A stretch of 64,000 nt of DNA from Saccostrea cucullata (taxonomy: Eukaryota), in the NCBI RefSeq assembly GCF_032062105.1, contig NW_026934432.1, positions 248,001-312,000 on the forward strand, in the 5' to 3' direction. The notes below the pieces were generated by a model. The model saw only the letters and a list, made by a program, of their open reading frames with translations, ran no database searches and was not told the origin of the DNA. A program made the translations under genes and the position numbers. This document shows positions 1 to 11,541 of this stretch, in pieces; the first letter of the stretch is position 1; every line of letters starts with the position of its first letter.

Positions 1-658
1 AATGGGCGTTCCATAAATAATAAACACCAACAAATAGGTTTCTTTTATATATATGCATGTCTACATACCTTTTGAAAGATGAGCAGGATAATGGCTGAAA
101 AAATACGATTATAATTAATCAATGAAACTTGGCAGCATTTCTCTGTGCACCCTGATAAGAAAGATCTTATGTATGGTTGCTTGCATTTGTCAAAAGAAAT
201 ATTTAAGGTGACTATCAATACACTATCCAATATCATATTCAGCCACTTAATATTAAGCTTGTCTGGATGGGCACGAAACTGTTATATTATAGAGATTTAA
301 AAATTTGTCAGTTTCTTAATTAAAAAAAAAAATTAATACTTAATTTAAAAAAATCCGGACAACCCATACGCCTCTAATTTTAGTTGTAAGAATTGATTTT
401 GGATCTGAATTTCATCTTCAATACAATTTAAATTAAAAAGGGTGCATATTCGCTTTCTTCTTTTTAGAGGAATCTTTTTTTCCATTCATAATATCTTTAA
501 AGTTTGTAAATTCTTATTCATATATTTATGAATATATTCCTATCATATACCATCTAACATTATAAAGATAGAGTCAAATCTGACGTAAAAAAGGGTAGAA
601 AAAATGATAAACACTGAATGATAAATGCTTTTACCGAATCTTAAGGTGCCTACTGATT

Positions 659-960
659 TATTACACTTATAGACCCCCTTAAAACTTGACCACAATTTGC
701 ACCCAGATCAGGAATCTATAACATCATGATATGACTAAGACGAAATATCTTTGCCAAATAAAAAAGAATATTCATTCGATCATTAGATCACTAATACGAT
801 TTTTATATATAGGTACACGAACATATATAACTGACTGATTAACTTACGATTTAACAACGTTCGATGATCCTGTATGACCTACAACCCGGTGAAGTAAACA
901 TTCTGTTTTCATGCTTGACCAGGCATATTGTAAAACCTGACTTGGCCTTATTAAGCCTCT
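659..960. repeat. Dispersed repeat with block-conserved motifs, copy 1 (partner at 39443-39745)
   Basis: Ordered shared blocks TTATTACACTTAT.GA.CCCCTTA, TTGCACCCAGA, AAAAAAGAATA, TAGATCACTAAT, ACTGACTGAT.AACTTAC, ATGCTTGACCAGG, TGTAAAACCTGAC. Confidence 0.75.
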
Positions 961-2534
961 GATCCAGCGGTCTGGCCTCAAAATCGACTTTGTCTAAAAA
1001 TTGACTTTGAATTTGGCAAAATCCTAACCTTTGCTTGGTTTTACACAACCTTAGTCAATCATTTTTTTCAGATTTTTTTTTCATGATTTTATAATTTAAA
1101 ATTAAATTGAAATTTGATAAATAAACTTAATTGTATAATTCTACTGAAAGCAAGAGCCTCTTTTAAGGCTTGAACTTGAAAGGTGATCTGTGAGGTATTT
1201 CGAATGTACAACAATTAAACTATTAATTTTTTTAGGCCTATGTACATTTAGACTTTTATATTTATATGATTAAAGGAATGTAACTATGGAATGTTTCTAA
1301 ATTCTTTTAATAATTATAGTAAAAACATTTTTATTTATATTTAACAAGGAAAAAAATATTTTGATTAAAGGAATGTCCAAAACAACTATGTTTGAAATGT
1401 TTCTGAAAATTCATGATAAAAAATTATATTTTTTGGAAAATATGTATTATGCTAAGAAAAATTATGAAATTTTGTTGCCTTGCCTTTATTGTAAAAACTG
1501 TGCTGGACCATTTTTATACATAGTAAACTTCAATAAACAAAGAAATTTAAAATAAAAAAAAAAGTACATGATGAAAGATATATCATGCAATTTTCATTCT
1601 TCTTATAAAAAATCAAAAGAAAATTGGAGGTAGCCTTTATTGCAGTGAAAAGGCATATAAAAACACAAAATTTGGAAAAAAAGTTATTTTAAAGATTGCT
1701 ATACTGCTTTAATTTCTAAAATTAATGAATAATTCTTACATTTTGAAATAATTTTCTCTTCATGCTTTATTTTTTTCTTATCGCGCGACGTTCTTATACT
1801 TGGAAAAAAAAGGGGTGTTGGTGGGGGGGGGGGGGGGGGTAAAAGACAACTTATGACGAATTTTACTAAAATCATGTAATATATAGAAAAAATAAAATAT
1901 TTCGTGGGTTGCAGTTAAATGATTCATGGACTGATTTTTTTTAAAAATCAAGTTAAACCATGCATATTTAAGTCCTCAATAAAAAAGTGTGTGTATAAAC
2001 ACTTCGACATGTTCAAGGAGAAAGACTAAAATAGTTTATTTTTGGTTGTAATGTTTGTTTTTTCTAACTCACAAACTGAAAAAAAAACAAAGTAAAATTA
2101 ATGAATATGTACCAAGAAATTGATACCTCAAAATAAATCATGTTCCGAAGTTGTTTATTGATTAAAAAGAATATTTTTAAAAAACATGTAAATATTTTTA
2201 AAGTATTTCAGTTGAAAATTGTAATTGATAAAAATACATGTTCATATACCATATACGTTTTTATCAGTACTGTAACGCTCAGCCTACAATTTCACTGTCC
2301 GTTGAAGGAATATTAATGCTTTTAAATTGATATTTTGTTACTTTTCTTTATTTCTGTAAAAAATATATATATTTTTAAACGCGAATACATTGAGAAAAAC
2401 TATTTGTCTATATAAATTGTCAGATTATAATTCATGAACTTTTCAAAGAAGTTTTAATACAGTGTACTAATAAAATAACAAAATAAATGCACTCAATACA
2501 AAGAAGAACAAGCATTCTGAGAGTATTGTATTAA

Positions 2535-3096
2535 CAGAGGATATTCAATGTTTTGTAGTTGAATATGGAATTTATTTCACGAGTGGGACAGGATTTTTGA
2601 TATTTTCACGAGTGCGAAGCACGAGTGAAAATATCAAAAATTCCTGTCTCACGAGTGAAATAAATTTCATATTCAACAACAAAAGATTCAATTTTCTGTT
2701 TATTACATTTTACAAAAAATTCCTTGATTTTTCCTTTGCCTCTGTCTTTTTGTAATACAGTCGTAGGCTCGTGACGTCATAGTTGAGCGGTTGAGACGTC
2801 ATAGCTAAGTGAGGTAAAACACTGTAAACATGAATTTAGCAACATATTTTTAGTAATTTTGACAGTTTTATTCGCTGTCAGAATGGTTTATTTATTTCAA
2901 TCTATCTTATATTAGGTCAAAAAAGATTTTGTTACAGCAATCTTCGTTATGGGAAGGGAAATCTCGAGTTTTCCCGCACTTTTGATATTCGTCACACTGT
3001 GACAGGATATCATTTTGATATCCTTTCACAGTGTGACAGGATATCATTTTTATTCAATGAATAAATTACAGTATTCAACGGGTAAAAATGTAATAA
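2535..3096. mobile_element. Non-autonomous hairpin-bearing element (Crypton-like, tentative)
   Basis: ~130-bp hairpin at 2552-2682 with a GCGAAGC tip; internal inverted TTATTACATTTT/AAAATGTAATAA; partial copies at ~17170-17470 (+) and ~57170-57375 (-). Confidence 0.65.
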
Positions 3097-4771
3097 ACAT
3101 TAATATTCCCCTACCGGAAAGTGATATCTTGATCCCTTTATAAATTGAAAATGCCATAAAATCAATGAAACGAAACAACATTTGCAAACTTCATCTATAA
3201 CTCATCAAGGGTACTTAAGTCACATACCAAAAATCAGTTAAATCACCTCAATATCTACAAGCGCTTAGAAAAAAAATGCGGAAAATCAAGAGGGGTACAC
3301 TGATAGACAGCAAGAGGAAACGATGACTGGACAGTCAGCTAGACTGACAGTCGGACGGTCGGACCGACTCTGAGTAAATCCTTAGCACCCCCCCCCCCCA
3401 CACACACACACACACACACCACCACCACCACTACCACCACCTTCCCCCCGGTTTCAGCGTTAGGGGAAAAATAAGACTACTACTGTAAATTGATCATTAT
3501 GAGTATTTTACCCTATCTTTGGACTTTCAGTAGGCGTGACTTTCTCGGCGCTACGTAATGGAGAATACTAGTAGATTCTCATTGGTTACGAAATTAATAA
3601 CATAGGAACTTAAAATTGTTGTTGATAACGATCAGACGACTTATGCCCCACCTCTGTGCCGTTAGAGAACTTTTAATTGGCTATTTACTACACCAGTTGA
3701 CATTCGGCCGCATTTCTATCATATGTATATTTCAACAGTGAAGAGAAGCTGTGTAAATTTCAGAAGCTAATTAGGTAACATCGAGAATGCCACGTCTTAC
3801 TGAAAGTCCACACTAAGCGTTTAATTCTTCTACAATAAAGAATGATACGGCAACAATGTAAGTAAAACGTATGCGCTTTCTACGTTTTACTAACATTGTT
3901 GCCTTGTCTTTTTTTATTGTAATATTAGTTACCGGACACTGCACATGTGCTATTCCTTTTCATTTCTGGATATATATAAATATATATATTTAAAAAGAAC
4001 GTGTCCGCCATTATTAATCGGAGTCTCGCTATATCTGAGGACCCTTCTGTAAAGGGCCTGACTAAGTCAGGCACGCAGCATCGATTTTGAAAGGGGGGGG
4101 GCAGCCACAAAAAAAATTTTTTTTTACTTACCTGTAAAAGTTGACAAGCAAAAAAAGAAAAAAGGTAAATTGCCCAAAGTCGAAAATCCTATTTCGTGAG
4201 GGGGGGGGGGGGGGGCGATAGAGGCAAACTTTTTCACTTCCAATTACTTTCAATATCCATTTTTTAAGCTTACAATACTATATTTCCTTCATATTACTTT
4301 ACTTTAATATAAAGTGCGGGGGCCAACCAGCCTTTCAATGAACACCCTGGCCCCCCTGTTGCTACGTCCCTGTTAGTCACTGTTCTGTGTAATCAGTAGA
4401 CACCAGTGTAGACAGACGTATGATGAACAGCACTGTTTAGCGACAAAAATACCTTTAATAATACTTCTAAGTTCTAAGAAAAGAAAGATACCAACGAAAA
4501 AATAATTGTACGAGTCAGTGCAGTATACAACAACAGATACACTTACAATCAACGTGCCACTGTGCACGACAAAGTATGTATCAGGTTTACAAAAATTTAA
4601 GTTAAACAAAGTTCATAATAAATTTAAATTATTTGATTCTAACGATTGAAATTTACGAGGAAAAAAAATCATATCAAATCAACATATCTCATAGAAACGA
4701 AACTCGTTAATTTTTCAATTACATAAATCAGACAAACTATTAAAACGGACTTAGATATGTTTAATTTTTAC

Positions 4772-5918
4772 GCTGCCCGCGTGGTGCAGTGGCTAGAGAG
4801 CTTGCCCTAGAGTCACGAAACAAGGGGATGAATCCCACTGTGGGATGTGAAGAAATTTGAAGCTCTCCACCGGCAAGACATGGCGTCTCCACATGAATGA
4901 AAAATTCTCGAGAAGATCGTTACGCAGCATTGTTAAGGTTGAAGAAAGGAAGCGGGGCCTAATTTAGACGGGAAAAGCTAACTGTGACGTCACACAAAAA
5001 TATGACTTTTATGTTTTCCCCATAATGCCAGAAAATGAAATTATTTGCAAATTTATACTTTATTAGCATTATAAACAACAATAAAACTTATCAATGGATT
5101 TTAAAAAATTGCTAGTTAAAATCCCATACAGCTGGTTATAAACAAATCACTGATTTCGATGAACTTGTCAATCATGACGTCATATTGGTAAAAATGACGT
5201 ATTTCATGTGCTGTGAGAGGCAGATTTAGGAATTTTTTTAACAAAGAAAAATGCGTTTTATTATAAAACAGAATATTATTTGCAAGTTTTAAATAGGCTT
5301 TTAATACCAATGTATAACCTTTGTTTAGTGCGATTATTCACTAACTATCGAAATCTGTATTTAATAATTTTGTTAAGTTTTTATGTTCAGATTAGGTATA
5401 TTTTATATCGAGGTGCCTCATTAAATCCTTCGATCGCAAGGGCATACACTTAATATAGATCTTAAGAATTTTGAATATAAATAAAGGATATGTTCCTTAA
5501 TTTGAAGAGTGCTGCTGCTTTCTTTAAATCGAGAGCATGACTTTATAAGTACACAAAATATTTGGTAAAAGTCAAACATATTTCGACATTGGCCTATTTA
5601 CCTGAAATTTTAACTATTACAAAGAGAATTCTTATCAAATCAGCAGCACTTTCCAGAAAGGACAAAGTATACAGAATCAAATAATAGCTTGACTTTTTAA
5701 TTTTAAATAGGGTATGCACTTGCGATATTGAAATTTGTTAATGATCTACATTCAGTTCACGTACTATGCAGTTATCACGTGACTGTCCATCGATGTGATT
5801 AAAACAGCTGAATAAAAATAACTTCAGTATTAAAATCAATTCCCGTTTTTGCACTTCTATTTTTCGTTGATTTCTCATAGGCAGCCTTAACAGTGCTGCG
5901 TAAACAACGTACAATCAA
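4772..5918 (+). mobile_element. Degenerate tRNA-derived SINE interrupted near its 3' end by a DNA transposon
   Basis: A-box-like GTGGTGCAGTGGCTAGAG; the 3' end ATGAATGAAAAATTCTCGAG...TAAACAACGTACAATCAA matches the SINE at 48712-49073. Confidence 0.6.
4925..5898. mobile_element. Non-autonomous TIR DNA transposon (CAGC termini, probable 2-bp TSD; CMC/EnSpm-like), copy 1
   Basis: TIRs CAGCATTGTTAAGGTTG / CAGCCTTAACAGTGCTG; CG on both flanks; colinear second copy at 28617-29604. Confidence 0.8.
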
Positions 5919-6110
5919 TTTTTGAAAAGTGTTGTATACAAATCACTTACTCTATACTCGATGGAGGTGGTCAGAAGGAGAGTAAAATCATATAAAAATC
6001 CACGTGTATCATTGAAAACAAACACTGAATGTTTTAATCACACGAACCAGTCCGACCAATTCATAAGCGGACTTACATATAAATGATTTTTGAAAATTAT
6101 GTTACGAGTC

Positions 6111-6256
6111 ATTTACCTCATGTAATCCTGTTGATTATGTGCAGATACCCGATGGGCGTGGTCATAATGACAACTCGGGAGCTACGCTTCCTCGTGTCAT
6201 TATGACCACGCCCATCGCATATCTGCACATAACCAACAGTATTATATAGGGTAAAT
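6111..6256. repeat. ~146-bp near-perfect hairpin
   Basis: Arms TGTTGATTATGTGCAGATA..CGATGGGCGTGGTCATAATGACA / TGTCATTATGACCACGCCCATCG..TATCTGCACATAACCAACA. Confidence 0.85.
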
Positions 6257-6259
6257 TTA

Positions 6260-9200
6260 CTTGTACAGTTGTGATGAGGAAAGAAATATTTGGTGTTTTT
6301 AATCTATTACACCTTAATATATCAGACATATAAGCAAACATACTTTGAATATATAATATATATCATCTGGTCAAAAACCAGAAAAGCTAGAATCTTACCT
6401 TAACATCATGAACGTCATGACAAAGATTCAAACACCCAGTTCGTGATAATTTATTTATCATTATCAAGCTGGATTTTTACAAGGCATTGTATATCAAATA
6501 CTGAGTAATAAATATAGCTTACCGACATTATAATAGCATCTATTAATTTAAAAAATAGATGCGCTTATTTTATGAGGAAACTGTGTTGCTATTATGGTTG
6601 GGTTAGGCTAGCTTCTAATTGAGTCGGGATCGACATTTTTTTCTTCCTCTTTGACCTGCATCCAAAGCGAAAAGGTACAGAAATTTGGTAGCAGAAATTT
6701 TTCCAAAAAATATACTTTAAAAAAGTTTTCCAAAATTAAATTGTGAAAATATGATGGATAATTAAGTTTTTTAATAAGTTATTGCTTCGATGGTTTATGT
6801 TTTGCAGTTTTAGCTCACGATGGATATGGATTTTAAGCAAGTTCGCAAATTATGGCGTGGTAGTTTACATGTGGTTTTCGCTGAAATTTAAAAAAATTTA
6901 AAAACTGTTACTTGTTTATAAGTGGGTTACTTATTCATTTCATTATTTAATTGTTCTTGTTTTACATTTCATAATTTATTGGAGTTTTTGCTGCAACGTG
7001 ATTTGATTGGAACTGAGGGTCACGTGGTAAGAAAGGAAGCGAAGATGCCCCGGTTATTATTGTAAAAATAAAAGTACATAATGAAAGTGAACACACAAAA
7101 GATACCTTTCGAAAAGTTAAGAAAGATCTTCAGGAATTTTCCACTGCTGTGCAGGAAGACAAAGGTCCCGCCTGAACAGCAGGCTGATCAACACATGAGC
7201 AGAGAGCACATAATGGTCCCTCTGTAAAAGATAAGTATTTTCGATAATACAGTTATTTATAATGAAAACGTTTTGAATACAATTGAATAATCAAGTCACT
7301 TTAAACATTAAGACATACATTTTATTGTATACAATATAAATTTATAACTTGCAAAAATACTAGTAAAGCATAGCGTTGATTTTTCATTTTTAACAGTCAG
7401 CATAATAATTATACAAAACCTTGATGAGAAAACAATTTTTTAATTGTTTATAGGGACAATTGACATTCATTTAAACGCACAAACCTTCTGCCAAAATAAA
7501 TGATTTCGCTTATGATTATGAGAGAGTAGCTTTCAGAATCTACAGCAGGCATTCGATATACTGTATGAATGCATTTGTACATATGTACATGTATGCTTTT
7601 TAAATATATGATGATTTGGATTTGATTTCACAACTAAGTTAAACGGGGGCTTAGGTTGGAAAATTCAGCTTAATTTTTACAGATTCTCTTTGCAACACAC
7701 TCAGCTTCACATGGAAAACAACAAATTCCTTGGGATAAAACCCAAGAATTGTGTATATTAAATACTATCCATCAAAAATACAAAAGCCATAATGCATTGT
7801 ACTCCTAATGAAATCATTTCATTTTCTAGGTTATTAAATTTAATTTAAAGGGAAAAGCTTGGACCAATTTGTATCTCTTTGAAATTTTTTAAAAAGCTGT
7901 AACAGGTGAAATGTTAATTTATATTAGTACTTTCAGTGCAAGCTCTGATAAATATCCGAGTATACTATATATTTCAGTAAAATATTATAATGAGGTTATA
8001 TGGAATACAACCATTGTGGCAGGGGGGTTTTCACGAGTCAAACTTTGATTCAACTGTGAACGTATTGATATTTCTAACAGCCATATCATATTGTTTTGGA
8101 CACGACCCAACAGCAATCCAACTTTGCAAATAAGGCCAGATTCGCAAATAAATTTTTTGCAGTTTGTAATTTCAAAAGATTCGATATATGAAAACGATAT
8201 ATGGGATTTACGTGGAAAAACTTTTTGATTTAGTGTATAGATAAACTTGTAAGTTTTCAAAAACATACAAGCATAAAATTGTATATATAATTTTTTTTTT
8301 TACCCAGGGTTTTAGCTTAACTATTATTATTTTAGTTTTTATTTTGAAATAATCGTAAAAAATTATAAATTTTGCAAATGAGCAACATTATATCAGCTTA
8401 TTGATAAAGTAAAAAAAGAAATAACTATTGAACGGTTGTGATTATACTTTACCTGTGTTAATTTGTATATATGACCTGTTGGGTTGGTAGAAAATCGGAT
8501 GTACATGAAAATGCCGTATGATAACCCACCTGTATTTGTATCCAAAATCTAAAAGTGTAAATGATTTTACTTTATCTGTGTTATATATGTACTGTTCGTT
8601 TAAAATTAGAAAATCTTCCTTCGACAATGTTATTGATAAGAAATTTAAAATGTTATAAAAATAATATCCATGCACAGTTAGAATATAAAAAGTGCATTTA
8701 GGCGTTAAATAATTACATGTGAAAAATTCTTTATATAGTATAATGGAAAAACAGTACTTAATGGTTTTTGTATAGAAGTTTATTTTTATTTTTGCAAGTG
8801 TATGAAGTGTTGGTTTTGCTGCACATAAGTTGTAGTATATGGGAAACCTTAATGCCACTTTCCTTCATTGGTTAACTGAAACTAGGGCAGGCTTTAATAG
8901 ATTTATCATTATTTGGACAACTTTTTATTTGCAGGTAGGAAAGGTAAGTTGATGTTGAAAACTTATGTGACCAGTTCAGGTTTTCAATGTGTTCTGAAAT
9001 TAATATACCAGCAGATGACAAGACTAAGCCCAGTTACAACACTTACATTTTTAGGTGCATAGAAATTAACACAGTGGAAATGCTGATTAAAATCCCACAA
9101 GAGAAGTTGGAAAAGCTTTGTAATATCATACAAAATTTTTTGCAGTCAGGAAATCAGTTTTAAAAAAGGCAGTTAGAAGTCCCTTGTGCATAGAATGTTA

Positions 9201-11541
9201 ACTTCTTTGGGAAGTGGCAGGGCTTTCACTAGGAGGTTTTATGCAGTAATGATTTCTGTATCTGAACCACATTTTTCATGTAAGAATAGGCCCAGTTAAA
9301 GTTAAGTATGTTGTCAGTGATGTAATCATGAATTTCTTGTGGACTTGTTGCAGCCAAAAAGTTTACAGCGATACTATGCTATACAAATTTGATATATATG
9401 CTTCTAAAAGGATTGTTGCAAATTTTAATTGATATTAAAATTGTATACTGATAGTGCAGGTAGTGTAGGAAAATTAGGTTGATAAACAATCGTCATTTGT
9501 TTTGTTTGGAAATGTAAAGATGCTAAAATTCCTAAATGTATAGGCCAATTAAGTGGAGAGAAACAAATTACCCAAAAAGATTTAACATAAGTTGTATTGA
9601 TCCCATTACTTCTTGAATTCTGAAGTTTTTTTTTTGGGGTAAGTCAATTTTAATAGGCAATTAAGTGAATTGAAGGGAAAATTTTGTATTATAATCTAGC
9701 ATAGTAATGATTTAGTAAATAAACAAATGTCTAAATCCAAATGTGTCATGAAGACTTATACTTTTATTAAAAATATGGAATTTAACTGTATTTTTATATC
9801 ATGTCAATATAAAACACTATATAAATTGTATTTGTTTATTTCTTATGCAAACAGTGGATGTTTGAGTTAATCAGAGAGAATAATGCTCCAGATTCAGAAA
9901 TAAATCCAGAGTTCATATCCATTTATAGAAATAACATTTGCAGCTGAACAGGCAGGGAAGTTGTTAGATTTGCATCACTGTCAGAAAACTGTTGCAAAAG
10001 TTTGTTTAAAGGATCAGGGATTACATATATTTGAGAATTTTCGGATACAACATTTTGCTTGCTTTATATTTATTTGGACACATATAGGTCAAGTCGTTCA
10101 ATTTGTTTTTACTTAAAAATAGATAAAAAAATGTTCAGCATCAGAAATTGCAAAAACTTTATTTGTCAGCTATCAGTTTTGAATGTAAGACAAAAGGCTT
10201 CCAAGATATTACAAAGAATTTTTTAGTTGTTGAGCTTGTTGAAGGCATGAAGCGTTTGTCAGCTAGGAAAGATACGCGTCTTCCCATTACTCCGCAAATT
10301 TTAGTCAGAATTGTTGAAATGTTGCCTGCAATTTGTTTCAATGCTTATGAGGTGAAACTATTTAGGGCCGCTTACTCACTTGCATTCTTTGGATTTTTAA
10401 GAGTTGGTGAATTAACATTGTCAAAAGGAAATACGGTTACAAGTATCATTCAAAAATCTGATGTTAAAATTGAGCCAGACAGAAGTAAAATGTATTTGAC
10501 AATACGGTATTCAAAAAATGATCAATGTGGAAAAGGGGTTACCCTTTGTATTCAGTCAGTCAATAGTATTGTAAGGACCTGTCAGATGTCTATAATTTAA
10601 CTTGTGTACTGTGTAATAGTTATTGGGTTTTCATTTCAAGAAAATTGTAATGATATTCCACGTGTGTCAAAAGTTGTGACAACATTGGCTTAGAATGTTA
10701 TAATTTTTGTAAAATTTGATATAAATGTCATGATTGTTTAATTACCTTTCATCTTAAATCTGCATGTATTTCTTGAGTTAACTGTCATTATCTTAGCAGT
10801 TCTACATGTGTGGATAAGCTGTAATACTTTGAATTATCCGCTGCCATGCCACTTGTTTACATTCTGTCTGCCATCTTTATATCGGCGCATGCTATGCACA
10901 TAGTTTCGTATTTTACCAAACTTGTTATTTTTATGTCACAGGCATAAATTACTTGCTATTTATTATGTTAATTAATATTGTGGGTTCTACTATTCATTTT
11001 AGCCATTATATTCCTGATTACATGTGTAAGACATCTAAAAGCTATATGTGTTAAAATGCATTTTGTACTGATATGTGTGCATTAATTATAAGATTACTTA
11101 TGTGAAATTTACTAGTTTCAGAGATAAATTGTTTACTTACTTATTATAGACACATCTCTTGTTATCCATATTTATTGATTATTTTGTCTTTTCACATTTT
11201 AATTCCGTTTTGTAGTTATTATATTCATTGTACGGCAGCCTTGTTTGGCACTGCTTGTACAGATCTGTGATGAGGATAAGAAATAGTGCCGTGATTTTGG
11301 AACGTCGCCGTACAGCATTTAATATATGGTTGACATATAAGCATGTGACCCTTTTGAATATATATATATATCATTATGTAAACAGATAATTTGCCGAGTT
11401 GTCAGGCGCGTACATGACAAAGAGATCAAACATCCAATTCGTGATAATTTATTTATCATTATATAGCATTACCATTTGATTTCAGGCATGGGAATCAAAT
11501 ACGACAATAATAAATATAACACACTGGACACCTATTATAAT
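6260..11541 (+). mobile_element. Decayed tyrosine-recombinase retrotransposon (DIRS/Ngaro/PAT-like) with diverged direct terminal repeats
   Basis: Frameshifted RT C-terminus at ~9005-9120 (DKT..PVTTLTFLG/IEINTVEMLIKIPQEKLEKL), GRAFTRRFY at ~9215, RNase H LYTDSAGSVG at 9441, NKQMSKSKCVM at ~9717, YR ORF at 10148-10600; related ~270-bp repeats at 6260-6533 and 11255-11541. Confidence 0.8.
10148..10600 (+). pseudogene. Truncated phage-integrase-family (Cre-like) tyrosine recombinase of the YR retroelement
   Basis: DTRLPITPQIL, AAYSLAFFGFLRVGE (catalytic Arg box I), IRYSKNDQCGKG (catalytic Lys); the C-terminal HxxR/Tyr box is missing from the ORF. Confidence 0.85.

Noticed and set aside
45-300. 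Short ORFs at the window start
   Set aside because: No recognisable domain or splice structure
3770-3865. Possible plus-strand first exon ending in gtaagt
   Set aside because: No downstream exons could be linked to it
7690-8880. Possible coding remnants inside the YR element (ORFs 7985-8266 and 8442-8858)
   Set aside because: No recognisable motif or consistent exon chain; left unassigned
10898-10912. HSFRI-like sequence (catagtttcgtatt) as the missing YR box II
   Set aside because: Needs a frameshift and lacks the following GAA/GRW context; probably chance
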